Origin: the human T2T-CHM13v2.0 reference genome, Homo sapiens
Assembly (NCBI RefSeq): GCF_009914755.1
Contig: NC_060941.1
DNA: 64,000 bases
Direction: 5' to 3' (one strand)
Position numbers and translations under genes: made by a program. The notes under the pieces were generated by a model. It was not told the origin of the DNA, made no database searches, and saw nothing but the letters and a program-made list of their open reading frames with translations. Below are positions 45,024 to 64,000 of the stretch, one piece after another; the first letter of the stretch is position 1, and the number at the start of each line of letters is the position of its first letter.

Positions 45024-45139
45024 GATTATTCAATTCTTAAATTGCAAAATTTCTCTCTCTCTCTCTCTCTCTTCCTCTCTGTATATATAAGTTTATGTTT
45101 TGGGTTTTTTGTTTTTGTTTTTGTTTTTGTTTTTGTTTT

Positions 45140-48053
<2,914 letters not shown>

Positions 48054-48104
48054 TAGATAGCCAGTATGCTAGACTGGTGCCTTGGAGTACATTCTTTAGC
48101 ACAC

Positions 48105-52060
<3,956 letters not shown>

Positions 52061-52378
52061 TGTATTTCTATGAGGCAAGGGGCTGTGGCATCCACCTTCC
52101 CTCTGAAGATTCTCCAGGCTGAGAGATGAAGCAATCACCTCAAGAGACTTACTGAATATTTAAGCAGGGATTGGCCCCGGACACTTGGCACCATTCAGAC
52201 TTTGGAGGAACAGACCTGATTTAGATATGATCTTCAATGTCCATGGGTCTGGTGTAGGGACAGGAAAGAGTCTGTAAGGGGTTCAGTGTGGACTGAGGTC
52301 TGACTCTCCTTGACAGGGGAAGACTGATAAGAGGTGATGAAGGTCTGAACTAGATTTTTTACTATTTTATTCTTTTAA

Positions 52379-54940
<2,562 letters not shown>

Positions 54941-55337
54941 CAATAAGGCAAGTCCATCCTCATTCTCTTTTTTTTTATACCTTAATTGACACTCACTATC
55001 ATATATTAAAACTTTTTTTTTTTTTTAGCTGAGAATGATTAGGAGAGTGGATTGAAAGGATTTCCCTGGTCCAGAAACTGGAATTCAGTGGGGCGCCACC
55101 TTAGCACGGGACCCAAGGGGATACAGGACAGGATGGAAGGGAGGTCATTCATCATATCTTGTTTTAGGTCCTGGGGACCGAAAGAGGTCCAACTTGGAGC
55201 AGGTACATTGGTCTAAGCCTAGTTCTGTTCGGTTCCGGCTCGACCCCCAAGTACGTGAACGTGGCCCAGGGCTGCAATGGGAACGCTTGGGCAGTCACCT
55301 ACTCTCCTGCCAGGGCAATGCAGTTGCCTTTAAGCCT

Positions 55338-55356
55338 CTACCGCCCCCTGGTGCTG
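55338..55356 (-). promoter_or_regulatory. Candidate CTCF site
   Basis: Minus strand CAGCACCAGGGGGCGGTAG matches the CTCF core CCACCAGGGGGCGC at most positions and lies in non-repeat sequence. Confidence 0.55.
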
Positions 55357-55884
55357 TCTGACCTGGGGTTTCCAGAACCAAGCTCCCTCTCCCAGAAGCC
55401 TCCAGTTCGAGGAAGAAGGTCCCTTGGGGCCAATAGGGGTTTAAAGAAGCCGTTGGGGACAGAGGGTCTTAACCTGTACCATCGAATACCTGGTCAGACA
55501 CCAGAAACTGCTTCAAACTTACTGTACTCAAATCTCTCTTATCTCCACCAACCCTTCTTATTTGCTATGATTTTGAGCTACTGGTGGGAGCTATTCCTGC
55601 CTTCCCTGATCACCTACAGAGCTGATCATCTACTGTGGAAGACAATACATCAATTCCTAAGTTATCTGATAAGTGAACAATCCAGGAGAGGTCCCCACGT
55701 GCTGCCACTGAGTAGGGGACAATCGGTTCTAGTTCTAGGGGCAGGAAAGCTCAACAGGGGCAGGACAGGGAAGGGCCGATGGAAGAGATGGGCTTGGAGA
55801 CAGTCCCTGGAGAATGGCTCCAATTTGGATCATCAGGGAAAGGAGAACATACATGAAAAAGAGGGAGTGAGGAGGATGGTAGGA

Positions 55885-58800
55885 CTTCCATTTCCTGTAA
55901 TGATAGGCTAAGTTATTCAGACCAACCTTCCCATTGAAAACAAATGCAAAAGCTGGATAAAGGCTTTTTAAAAAAAAATCCTCCTCTCCCTCTCCCTCTC
56001 CCTCTCCCCACGGTCTCCCTCTCCCTCTCTTTCCACAGTCTCCCTCTCCCTCTCTTTCCACAGTCTCCCTCTCCCTCTCTTTCCACGGTCTCCCTCTGAT
56101 GCCGAGCTGAAGCTGGACGGTGCTGCTGCCATCTCGGCTCACTGCAACCTCCCTGCCTGATTCTCCTGCCTCAGCCTGCCCAGTGCCTGCGATTGCAGGC
56201 GCGCGACGCCACGCCTGACTGGTTTTCGTATTTTTTTGGTGGAGACGGGGTTTCGCTGTGTTGGCCGGGCTGGTCTCCAGCTCCTAACCGCGAGTGATCC
56301 ACCAGCCTCGGCCTCCCGAGGTGCCGGGATTGCAGACGGAGTCTCGTTCACTCAGTGCTCAATGGTGCCCAGGCTGGAGTGCAGTGGCGTGATCTTGGCT
56401 CGCTACAACCTCCACCTCCCAGCAGCCTGCCTTGGCCTCCCAAAGTGCCGAGATTGCAGCCTCTGCCTGGCCGCCACCCCGTCTGGGAAGTGAGGAGCGT
56501 CTCCGCCTGGCCGCCCATCATCTGGGATGTGAGGAGCCCCTCTGCCTGGCTGCCCAGTCTGGAGAGTGAGGAGCGTCTCTGCCCGGCCGCCATCCCATCT
56601 AGGAAGTGAGGAGCGCCTCTTCCCGGCCGCCATCACATCTGGGAAGTGAGGAGCATCTCTGCCCGGCCACCCATGGTCTGAGAAGTGAGGAGACCCTCTG
56701 CCTGGCAACCGCCCCGTCTGAGAAGTGAGGAGTCCCTCCGCCCGGCAGCCGCCCCGTCTGAGAAGTGAGGAGCCCCTCCGCCCAGCAGCCACCCCGTCTG
56801 GGAAGTGAGGAGCGTCTCTGCCCAGCAGCCACCTCGTCCGGGAGGGAGGTGGGGGGATCAGCCCCCCGCCCAGCCAGCCGCCCCGTCCGGGAAGTGAGGG
56901 GCGCCTCTGCCCGGCCGCCCCTACTGGGAAGTGAGGAGCCCCTCTGCCCGGCCAGCCGCTCCGTCCGGGAGGGAGGTGGGGGGGTCAGCCCCCCGCCCGG
57001 CCAGCCGCCCCGTCCGGGAGGGAGGTGGGGGGGTCAGCTCCCCGCCCGGCCAGCCGCCCCGTCTGGGACGTGAGGGGCGCCTCTGCCCGGCCGCCCCTAC
57101 TGGGAAGTGAGGAGTCCCTCTGCCCGGCCACCACCCCGTCCGGGAGGTGTACCCAACAGCTCATTGAGAACGGGCCATGATGACAATGGCGGTTTTGTGG
57201 AATAGAAAGGGGAAAGGTGGGGAAAAGACTGAGAAATCGGGTGGTTGCTGTGTCTGTGTAGAAAGAGGTAGACATGGGAGACTTTTCATTTTGTTCTGTA
57301 CTAAGAAAAATTCTTCTGCCTTGGGATCCTGTTGATCTGTGACCTTACCCCCAACCCTGTGCTCTCTGAAACATGTGCTGTATCCACTCAGGGTTGAATG
57401 GATTAAGGGCGGTGCAAGATGTGCTTTGTTAAACAGATGCTTGAAGGCAGCATGCTCCTTAAGAGTCATCACCACTCCCTAATCTCAAGTACCCAGGGAC
57501 ACAAACACTGTGGAAGGCCGCAGGGTCCTCTGCCTAGGAAAACCAGAGACCTTTGTTCACTTGTTTTTCTGCTGACGTTCCCTCCACTATTGTCCTGTGA
57601 CCCTGCCAAATCCCCCTCTGCGAGAAACACCCAAGAATGATCAATTAAAAAAAAAAAATCCTTAGCAATATTACAGATATTTGACAAGAGAGATGAATTT
57701 CCAGGCCAAAACTTAAAGGAAAGTGGGATCCCAGAGAGGCATTGGAAGACAGAGCAGAAGAAATTACCCAGAATGCAGAAAAGGGACAAAAAGAAGAGTT
57801 TGAGACACATGGAGGATACAATGAAAGAATCTAATATCGTTTAATCAGAATTCTAGAAGGAAAAAAAAAAAAAGAAGCCAGGCATGGTGGTGCATGCATA
57901 CCTTTCATCCCACTATGTGAGTATTGCTTGAGCCAGGATTTTGAACCCAGCCTGGGCAACACAGCAAGACCCCATTTTATTTTATTTAAAATACTTTTTT
58001 TTTAAAGGAAAGAACAAGAGAATGTGGCAAGGTGAAGATTTGAAAAGATAATGGCTGAGAATTTCCCAATTCTGATGGAGCATCAATCCACAAGTTCTGG
58101 AAGCGTGAAGAATTCTAAGCAGGATAAATAAAATAGAATCTACATGCAGATACATCACAATGAAATGTCAGAATTCTGAATACAGAAAGAAAAAAAATTT
58201 TATTTTGAGAGAAAGTCTCACTCCATCACCCAGGTTGGAGTGCAGTGGCGTGATCTCAGCTCATGATCTCAGCTCACTGCAACCTCTGCCTTCAGGTTCA
58301 AGAGATTCTCCTGCCTCAGCATCCCGAGTAGCTGGGATTACAGGTGCCCACCACCACATCCAGCTAATTTTTGTATTTTTAGTAGTCACGGGGTTTCACT
58401 GTGTTGGCCAGGCTGGTCTTGACTCCTGACCTCGAGTGATCTACCCACCATGGCCTCCCAAAGTGCTAGGTGGCATGAGCCACTGCGCCTGGCCTGAATA
58501 TAGAAAGAAAATCTTAAGAGCAGCCTTCTCAACAACAGCAATAATGGAAGCCATAAGCCAGTAGAATGATATCTTGAACATACTGAAAGAAAATAACTTC
58601 CAACCTAGAATTCAAGAGTAAATGTTCTTTTCTTTTCTTTCTTTCTTTTTTATTTTGAGATGGAGTCTTTCTCTGTCACCCAAGCTGGAGTGCAATGACA
58701 TGATCTCAGCTCACCGTAACCTCTGCCTCCCGGGTTCAAGTGGGGCAGCCTACTCCTGCCCCAGCCTCCCAAGTAGCTGGGATTACAGGCACCCACCACC

Positions 58801-59085
58801 ACGCCCAGCTAATTTTTGTAGAGACGGAGTTTCACCATGTTGATCAGTCTGGTCTCGAACTCCTGACCCTCAGGTGATCCACCTGCCTCGGCCTCCCAAA
58901 GTGCTGTTATTACAGGTGTGAGCCACCACACCCAGCCAAGACTGAATTTTCAAACAAGTAAAAACTAAAACAGTTTGCCATCAGCCTCACTGAAGTGCCT
59001 CATGAAAAAAATTCTAAAGGATGCAATTCAGGCAGAAGGAAAGGGATCCCAGATGGAAGGTCTGAGATGCAAGAAGGGATGAGGA
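55885..59085 (+). mobile_element. Ancient L1ME-type 5'/ORF1 remnant hosting the SVA and Alus (57877-57975 +, 58197-58494 -, 58625-58937 -)
   Basis: gaaattacccagaatgcag, ataatggctgagaatttccca, ccaacctagaatt, tcagcctcactgaag. Confidence 0.65.
55983..57658 (+). mobile_element. Full-length SVA (SVA_D-like)
   Basis: CCCTCT hexamer head ~55983-56097, antisense Alu-like region, GC-rich VNTR ~56470-57145, SINE-R ~57146-57645 (gaggtagac, gggttgaatgg) and an A tail. TSD aaaaaaaaatcct. Confidence 0.95.
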
Positions 59086-59531
59086 TTTGTACACAAATGT
59101 TCATGGCAGTATGATTCATAATAGCCAAAAAGTGGAAGCAACTCAATGTCCATCAACAGATGAATGGATAAACAAAATGTGGTATATCCATACAACGGAA
59201 TATTATACAGCCATAAAGAGGAATGAAGTGTTGATACATGTTATGACATGGATGGACTTTGAAAACATTATATTAAGTGAAAGAATCCAGACACAAAAGG
59301 CCACATATTACATGTTCCATTTATGTGAAATGTCCAGAGTAGGCAAATCCACAGAAACAGAAGGTACACTTGTGGTTGCCAGAGAGCGGGGGAGGAGGGA
59401 GGAATGGCAAATAATAGGTACAGGATTTCTTTTGAGAGTGATAAAAATGTTACGGAATTAGATAGTGGTAATGGTTGTACAACCTTGTCAATATACTAAA
59501 AGCCACTGAATCGTACACTTCAAATGGTGAA

Positions 59532-59535
<4 letters not shown>
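59085..59535 (+). mobile_element. L1MB-type 3' region (end resumes at ~61300-61335)
   Basis: aatgtccatcaacagatgaatggataaacaaaatgtggtatatccatacaa. Confidence 0.85.
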
Positions 59536-59565
<30 letters not shown>

Positions 59566-61298
59566 TTGAGATGGAGTCTTGCTCTGTTGCCCAGGCTGGA
59601 GTACAGTGGTGTGATCTCAGCTCAATGCAAGCTCTGCCTCTGGGTTCAAGCAATTCTACTGCATCAGCCTCCCAAGTAGCTGGTGAGAGGTGACAGCGTG
59701 CTGGCCGTCCTCACAGCCCTCGCTTGCTCTCGGCGCCTCCTCTGCCTGGGCTCCCACTTTGGCGGCACTTGAGGAGCCCTTCAGCCCACCGCTGCACTGT
59801 GGGAGCCCCTTTCTGGGCTGGCCAAGGCCAGAGCCAGTTCCCTCAGCTTGCAGGGAGGTGTGGAGGGAGAGGCGCGAGCGGGAACCGGGGCTGGGTGCCG
59901 TGCTTGCAGGCCAGCTGGATGTCCGGGTGGGCGTGGGCTTGGTGGGCCCTGCACTCGGAGCAGCCGGCCGGCCCTGCCGGCCCTGCCGGCCCAGGGCAAT
60001 GAGGGGTTTAGCACCCGGGCCAGCGGCTACGGAGGCTGTACTTGGTCCCCAAGCAGTGCCAGCTCACCGGCCCTGGGCTCGATTTCTCACCCGGCCTTAG
60101 CTGCCTTCCCGCGGGGCAGGGCTCGGGACCTGCAGCCCACCATGTCTGAGCCTCCCACCCCCTCCATGGGCTCCTGTGCGCCCGAGCCTCCCCGACGAGT
60201 GCCACTCCCTGCTCCACCATGCCCAGTCCCATCGACCACCCAAGGGCTGACGAGTGGGAGCGCACGGCGCGGGACTGGCAGGCAGCTCCACCTGCAGCCC
60301 CGGTGCAGGATCCACTGGGTGAAGCTAGCTGGGCTCCTGAGTCTGGTGGGGACGTGGAGAATCTTTACGTCTAGCTCAGGGATTGTAAATACACCAATCG
60401 GCACTCTGTATCTAGCTCAAGGTTTGTAAGCACACCAATCAGCACCCTGTGTCTAGCTCAGGGTTTGTGAGTGCACCAGTTGACACTCTGTATCTAGCTG
60501 CTCTGGTGGGGCCTTGGAGAACCTTTGTGTCATACTCCGTATCTAACTAATCTGATAGGGACGTGGAGAACCTTTGTATCTAGCTCAGGGATTGTAAACG
60601 CACCAATCAGTGCCCTGTCAAAACAGACCACTCAGCTCTACCAATCAGCAGGACATGGGTGGGGCCAGATAAGAGAATAAAAGCAGGCTGCCCGAGCCAA
60701 GAGTGGCAACCCACTTGGGTCCTGTTCCACACTGTGGAAGCTTTGTTCTTTTGATTTTTGCAATAAATCTTGCTACTGCTCACTCTTTGGGTCCACACTG
60801 CTTTTATGAGCTGTAACACTCACTGCAAAGGTCTGCAGCTTCACTCCTGAAGCCAGCGAGACCACGAGCCCACCGGGAGGAACGAACAACCCAGACGCGC
60901 TGCCTTAAGAGCTGTAACACTCACCGGGAAGGTCTGCAGCTTCACTCCTGAGCCAGCGAGACCACAAACCCACCAGAAGGAAGAAACTCCTAACACATCC
61001 GAACATCAGAAGGAACAAACTCCAGACGTGCCACCTTAAGAGCTGTAACACTCACCGTGAGGGTCCGCGGCTTCATTCTTGAAGTCAGTGAGACCAAGAA
61101 CCCACCAATTCCAGACACACTGGGATTACAGGTGTCCACCACTATGCCCAGCTAATTTTTTTTTTTTTTTTTGTATTTTTAGTAGAGACAAGGTTTCACT
61201 TTGTTGGCCAGGCTGGTCTCGAACTCCTGATCTCAAGTAATCCTCCCACCTTGGCCTCTCCGTGCTGGGATTACAGGTGTAAGCCACCATGCCCAGCC
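59533..61298 (-). mobile_element. AluS with (TTA)n tail, split by LTR12C
   Basis: ...cccaagtagctgg | ctgggattacagg... rejoins across the LTR. Confidence 0.88.
59684..61119 (+). mobile_element. Solo LTR12C (ERV9)
   Basis: Starts TGAGAGGTGACAGCGTG and ends CCAGACACA, with 4-bp TSD ctgg. GC-rich U3, tctagctca/CCAAT repeats, AATAAAA box at 60676 and U5 gctgtaacactcac repeats. Confidence 0.95.
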
Positions 61299-61338
61299 TA
61301 AAATGGTGAATTACATCACAATAAAAAAAATAATTTTA

Positions 61339-61644
<306 letters not shown>

Positions 61645-62040
61645 TTAAAAAGAAATGAAGAGTACAGATATGTAGATGAATCTAAACAAGTACTGACTAC
61701 ATAAACAGTAGTAATGGTGTCCAGTGAGGTTAAAAAAAGAATGTACAACATAAATGATGTAATGAAGTTAGTGTTCTAGGATCCAAGAGGAAGGTAAGTA
61801 AAGGAAGTAAGCGAACTTTAAACCTCACCTATCTGTGACAGTGGAACCTAGGAAAGGCTGAGTTGTCTAAGGAGTGTGGGAGAGAGCCAGGAACCTCAGT
61901 ACACACCTGAGTCAGCATAAGGAAGTGCAACCAGCAGGGAACAGGACAGGGGCCTCTTCCAGCAGGGCCATTAACAGGCCACCGGTTTTACCACCACCGT
62001 GACCCTAGGCCTCTTCCTAAGCTCCCTGAACCTTAGCTTC

Positions 62041-63375
62041 TGTGGTGGACAGATGTTTCTACCTTCTGGCATTCACCACCATCATGAAATCCCCTCCCTT
62101 GATTGTGGGTGGGACCCATGACTTGCTTCTTTTTTTTTTTTTTTTTTGTTAAAAAGAGATGGGGGGGTCTCACTATTTTGCCCAGGCTAGTCTTGAACTC
62201 CTGAACTCCTGAGTTCAAGCGGTCCTCCTGTCTCCGCCTCCCAAGTAACTGGGATTATAGGCACATGCCGCCACTGTGCCTGGCTCCATGACTTGCTTCT
62301 AACCAATAGAATATGGCAAAAGGGATGAGATGTCACTCGATTTCATTACATTTTATAAGACTCCTTGCTGGCCAACTCACTCTAGAGACTCTCCTTGCTG
62401 GCTTAGTGAAGCGAGCAGCCAGGTTGGGTGTGATGGTTAGTTTCATGCATCAACCTGGCTAGGCTGTAGGTCCCAATTATTCTTTCAAACACTAATCTAG
62501 GTGTTGCTGTGATGGTATTTTATAGATGTGGTTAATAGCCACAATCAGTTGACCATAAATAAAGATTATTTTCAACAGGCTGGGTGCAGTGGCTCACACT
62601 TGTAATCTCAGCTGGGAGCCGAGGTGGGAGGATGCCTTGAGCGCAGGAGTTCAAGACCAGCCTGGGCAACACGGCAAAACCTCATCTCTGCAAAAAATAC
62701 AAAAGTTAGCTAAATGTGGTGGTGTGCACCTGTAGTCCCAGCTACTCAGGAGGCTGAGGCAGGAGGATCAATTAAGCCCAGGAGGTCAAGGCTGCAGTGA
62801 GCCGTGATCACACCAATGCATTCCAGCCTGGGTAACAGAACGAGACTCTGTCTCAAAAAAAAAAAAAAAAAAAGATTATTCTCGACTACGGGGATGGGCC
62901 TCATCCAATCAGTTGAAAGGACTAAAGAACAAAACTAAAGCTTCCCTAAGAAAGGGAAGAGGAAGTTCTGCCACAAGACTCCAGCATCAGCTCCTGCCTG
63001 AGAGTTTCCAGTCTGCCAGTCTCCTGTGGATTTCAGACTTGCGGGCCCCTACAGTTGCATAAGCCAGTTCCTTGGAATAAATGTCTTGCTGTGTTTGTAT
63101 GTTTGCATCCTACTGTTTCTCTGAAGGACCCCGACTGATACCTTGGGAAAGCCCACGTGGAAAGGATTCACTTTCAGTTAACACCCAGCAAGAAGCTGGA
63201 ACCCTTGGTCCTGTACCCATGAGGAAATGAATTCTGCCAACAACTTGAATGAATTTGGAAGCACATTTTCCAGTCAAAGCTCCAGATGAGACCATGGTCT
63301 AGCCAACACCTTGAATGCAGCCTCACAAGTCCTTGGGTGGAGAACCCAGCTAAGCCATGCCTGGACACTTCTCCA
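62041..63375 (+). mobile_element. MLT1 (MLT1E-like) MaLR LTR interrupted by an Alu monomer (62126-62285) and by MLT2
   Basis: gacttgcttctaaccaatagaatatggcaaa, aatgaattctgccaacaac, aacccagctaagccatgcctgga. Confidence 0.8.
62429..63142 (+). mobile_element. MLT2 (ERVL) solo LTR with AluJ 62578-62872 inside
   Basis: Starts tgtgatggttagtttcatg and ends gactgatacc. 5-bp TSD ttggg. gggcctcatccaatcagttgaagg core. Confidence 0.85.
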
Positions 63376-63489
63376 TTAGTCAAAGAAGGAAAATAATAAT
63401 AGTCGTCTCACAGGGCCATTCTTGGGCTTAAGTGAGACAATCCAACAGTGTGCTCGGCACAGTGCATGCCACATATCTAGTTCCTGACA

Positions 63490-63760
63490 GGGTGCAGGAC
63501 ACAGTACCCCAAAACATGGTACCTTGGCGATCACTCTTCTAGGTCCAAGCGATCCTCCCACCTCAGCCTCCAGAGGTCACACTGACCTTCTCTGGCCTTT
63601 CTGTGTGAGCACTATCTATAAAATAATTCTCTGACCTATCTCCTCTGAAATTAGGTCATAAGACCCACATGCGACAGATGTTCTGCACCATACCTGGGGA
63701 ATGGTGGGGGAGGAGGTTGAAGGAAAGTCATATAGAGGCACACGCACACAAAAAGAACCT
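63490..63760 (+). mobile_element. Probable old LTR fragment (family uncertain)
   Basis: caggacacagtaccccaaaacatggtaccttggc resembles the 5' ends of ERV1-class MER LTRs. Confidence 0.4.
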
Positions 63761-63766
63761 GAAAAG

Positions 63767-64000
63767 CTGGGCACGGTGGCTCATGCCTGTAATCCCAGCA
63801 CTTTGGGAGGCTGAGGTGGGCAGATCATGAGGTCAGGAGTTGAAGACCAGCCTGGGCATCATGGTGAAACCCCGTCTCTACTTAAAATACAGAAATTAGC
63901 TGGGTGTGGTGGCGGGTGCTTGTAATCCCAGCTACTCAGGAGGCTGAGGCAAGAGAATTGCTTCAACCCGGGAGGTGGAGGTTGCAGTGAGCCGAGATCA
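63767..64000 (+). mobile_element. AluSg-like (cut by the window end)
   Basis: Alu consensus match. Confidence 0.9.

Noticed and set aside
55255-55911. 218-aa ORF, the longest in the track
   Set aside because: It has a GTG start, no recognisable domain, and runs into an L1 remnant. The poly-T at 55012-55026 has no matching poly(A) signal or TSD, so a processed pseudogene is not supported either.
56470-57145. Regularly spaced gaagtgaggag repeats that look array-like
   Set aside because: This is the SVA VNTR, not a CRISPR or novel array. The repeats at 60370-60610 and 60810-61060 are likewise intrinsic to LTR12.
59087-59461. 124-aa ORF with L1 ORF2 C-terminal similarity
   Set aside because: It is a decayed L1MB remnant, not a functional gene.
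56139-60429. ORFs in the SVA and LTR12C, including 193 aa at 59848
   Set aside because: These are GC-rich repeat-derived frames.

Overview
This is human (hominid) euchromatic DNA, extremely Alu-dense (roughly 100 Alu copies or fragments). I identify it as the 5' end of GPATCH8 on the minus strand, recognised from the spliced peptide MADRFSRFNEDRDFQ|[25 protein letters not shown]. The window holds coding exon 1 (35334-35378) in a CpG-island promoter, a 28.4-kb intron 1, exon 2 (6820-6894) and part of intron 2. The ~28 kb upstream of the promoter has no recognisable protein-coding exon and is a mosaic of nested repeats: a full-length SVA_D, a solo LTR12C, MLT1/MLT2, MER45A and old L1/L2/MIR. 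Nearly all ORFs in the supplied track are Alu/SVA/LTR artefacts. I see no wholly new gene system. The observations most worth following up are: (1) an L1-type poly(A)-tailed retrocopy of a miniature or spliced ERV1 RNA (R-U5-PBS-env tail-PPT-U3-R-polyA) inserted in a MIR; (2) an inversion between two tail-to-tail Alus, revealed by swapped target-site duplications (TSDs); (3) an AluSp/AluYb8 chimera that appears to mark a human-specific deletion; (4) two inverted templated-insertion scars; (5) candidate stop-containing cassette exons in intron 1 that could remove the G-patch domain or trigger NMD. Repeat boundaries are by eye (about +/-10-30 bp). Subfamily names come from remembered consensus diagnostics, not from a database run.
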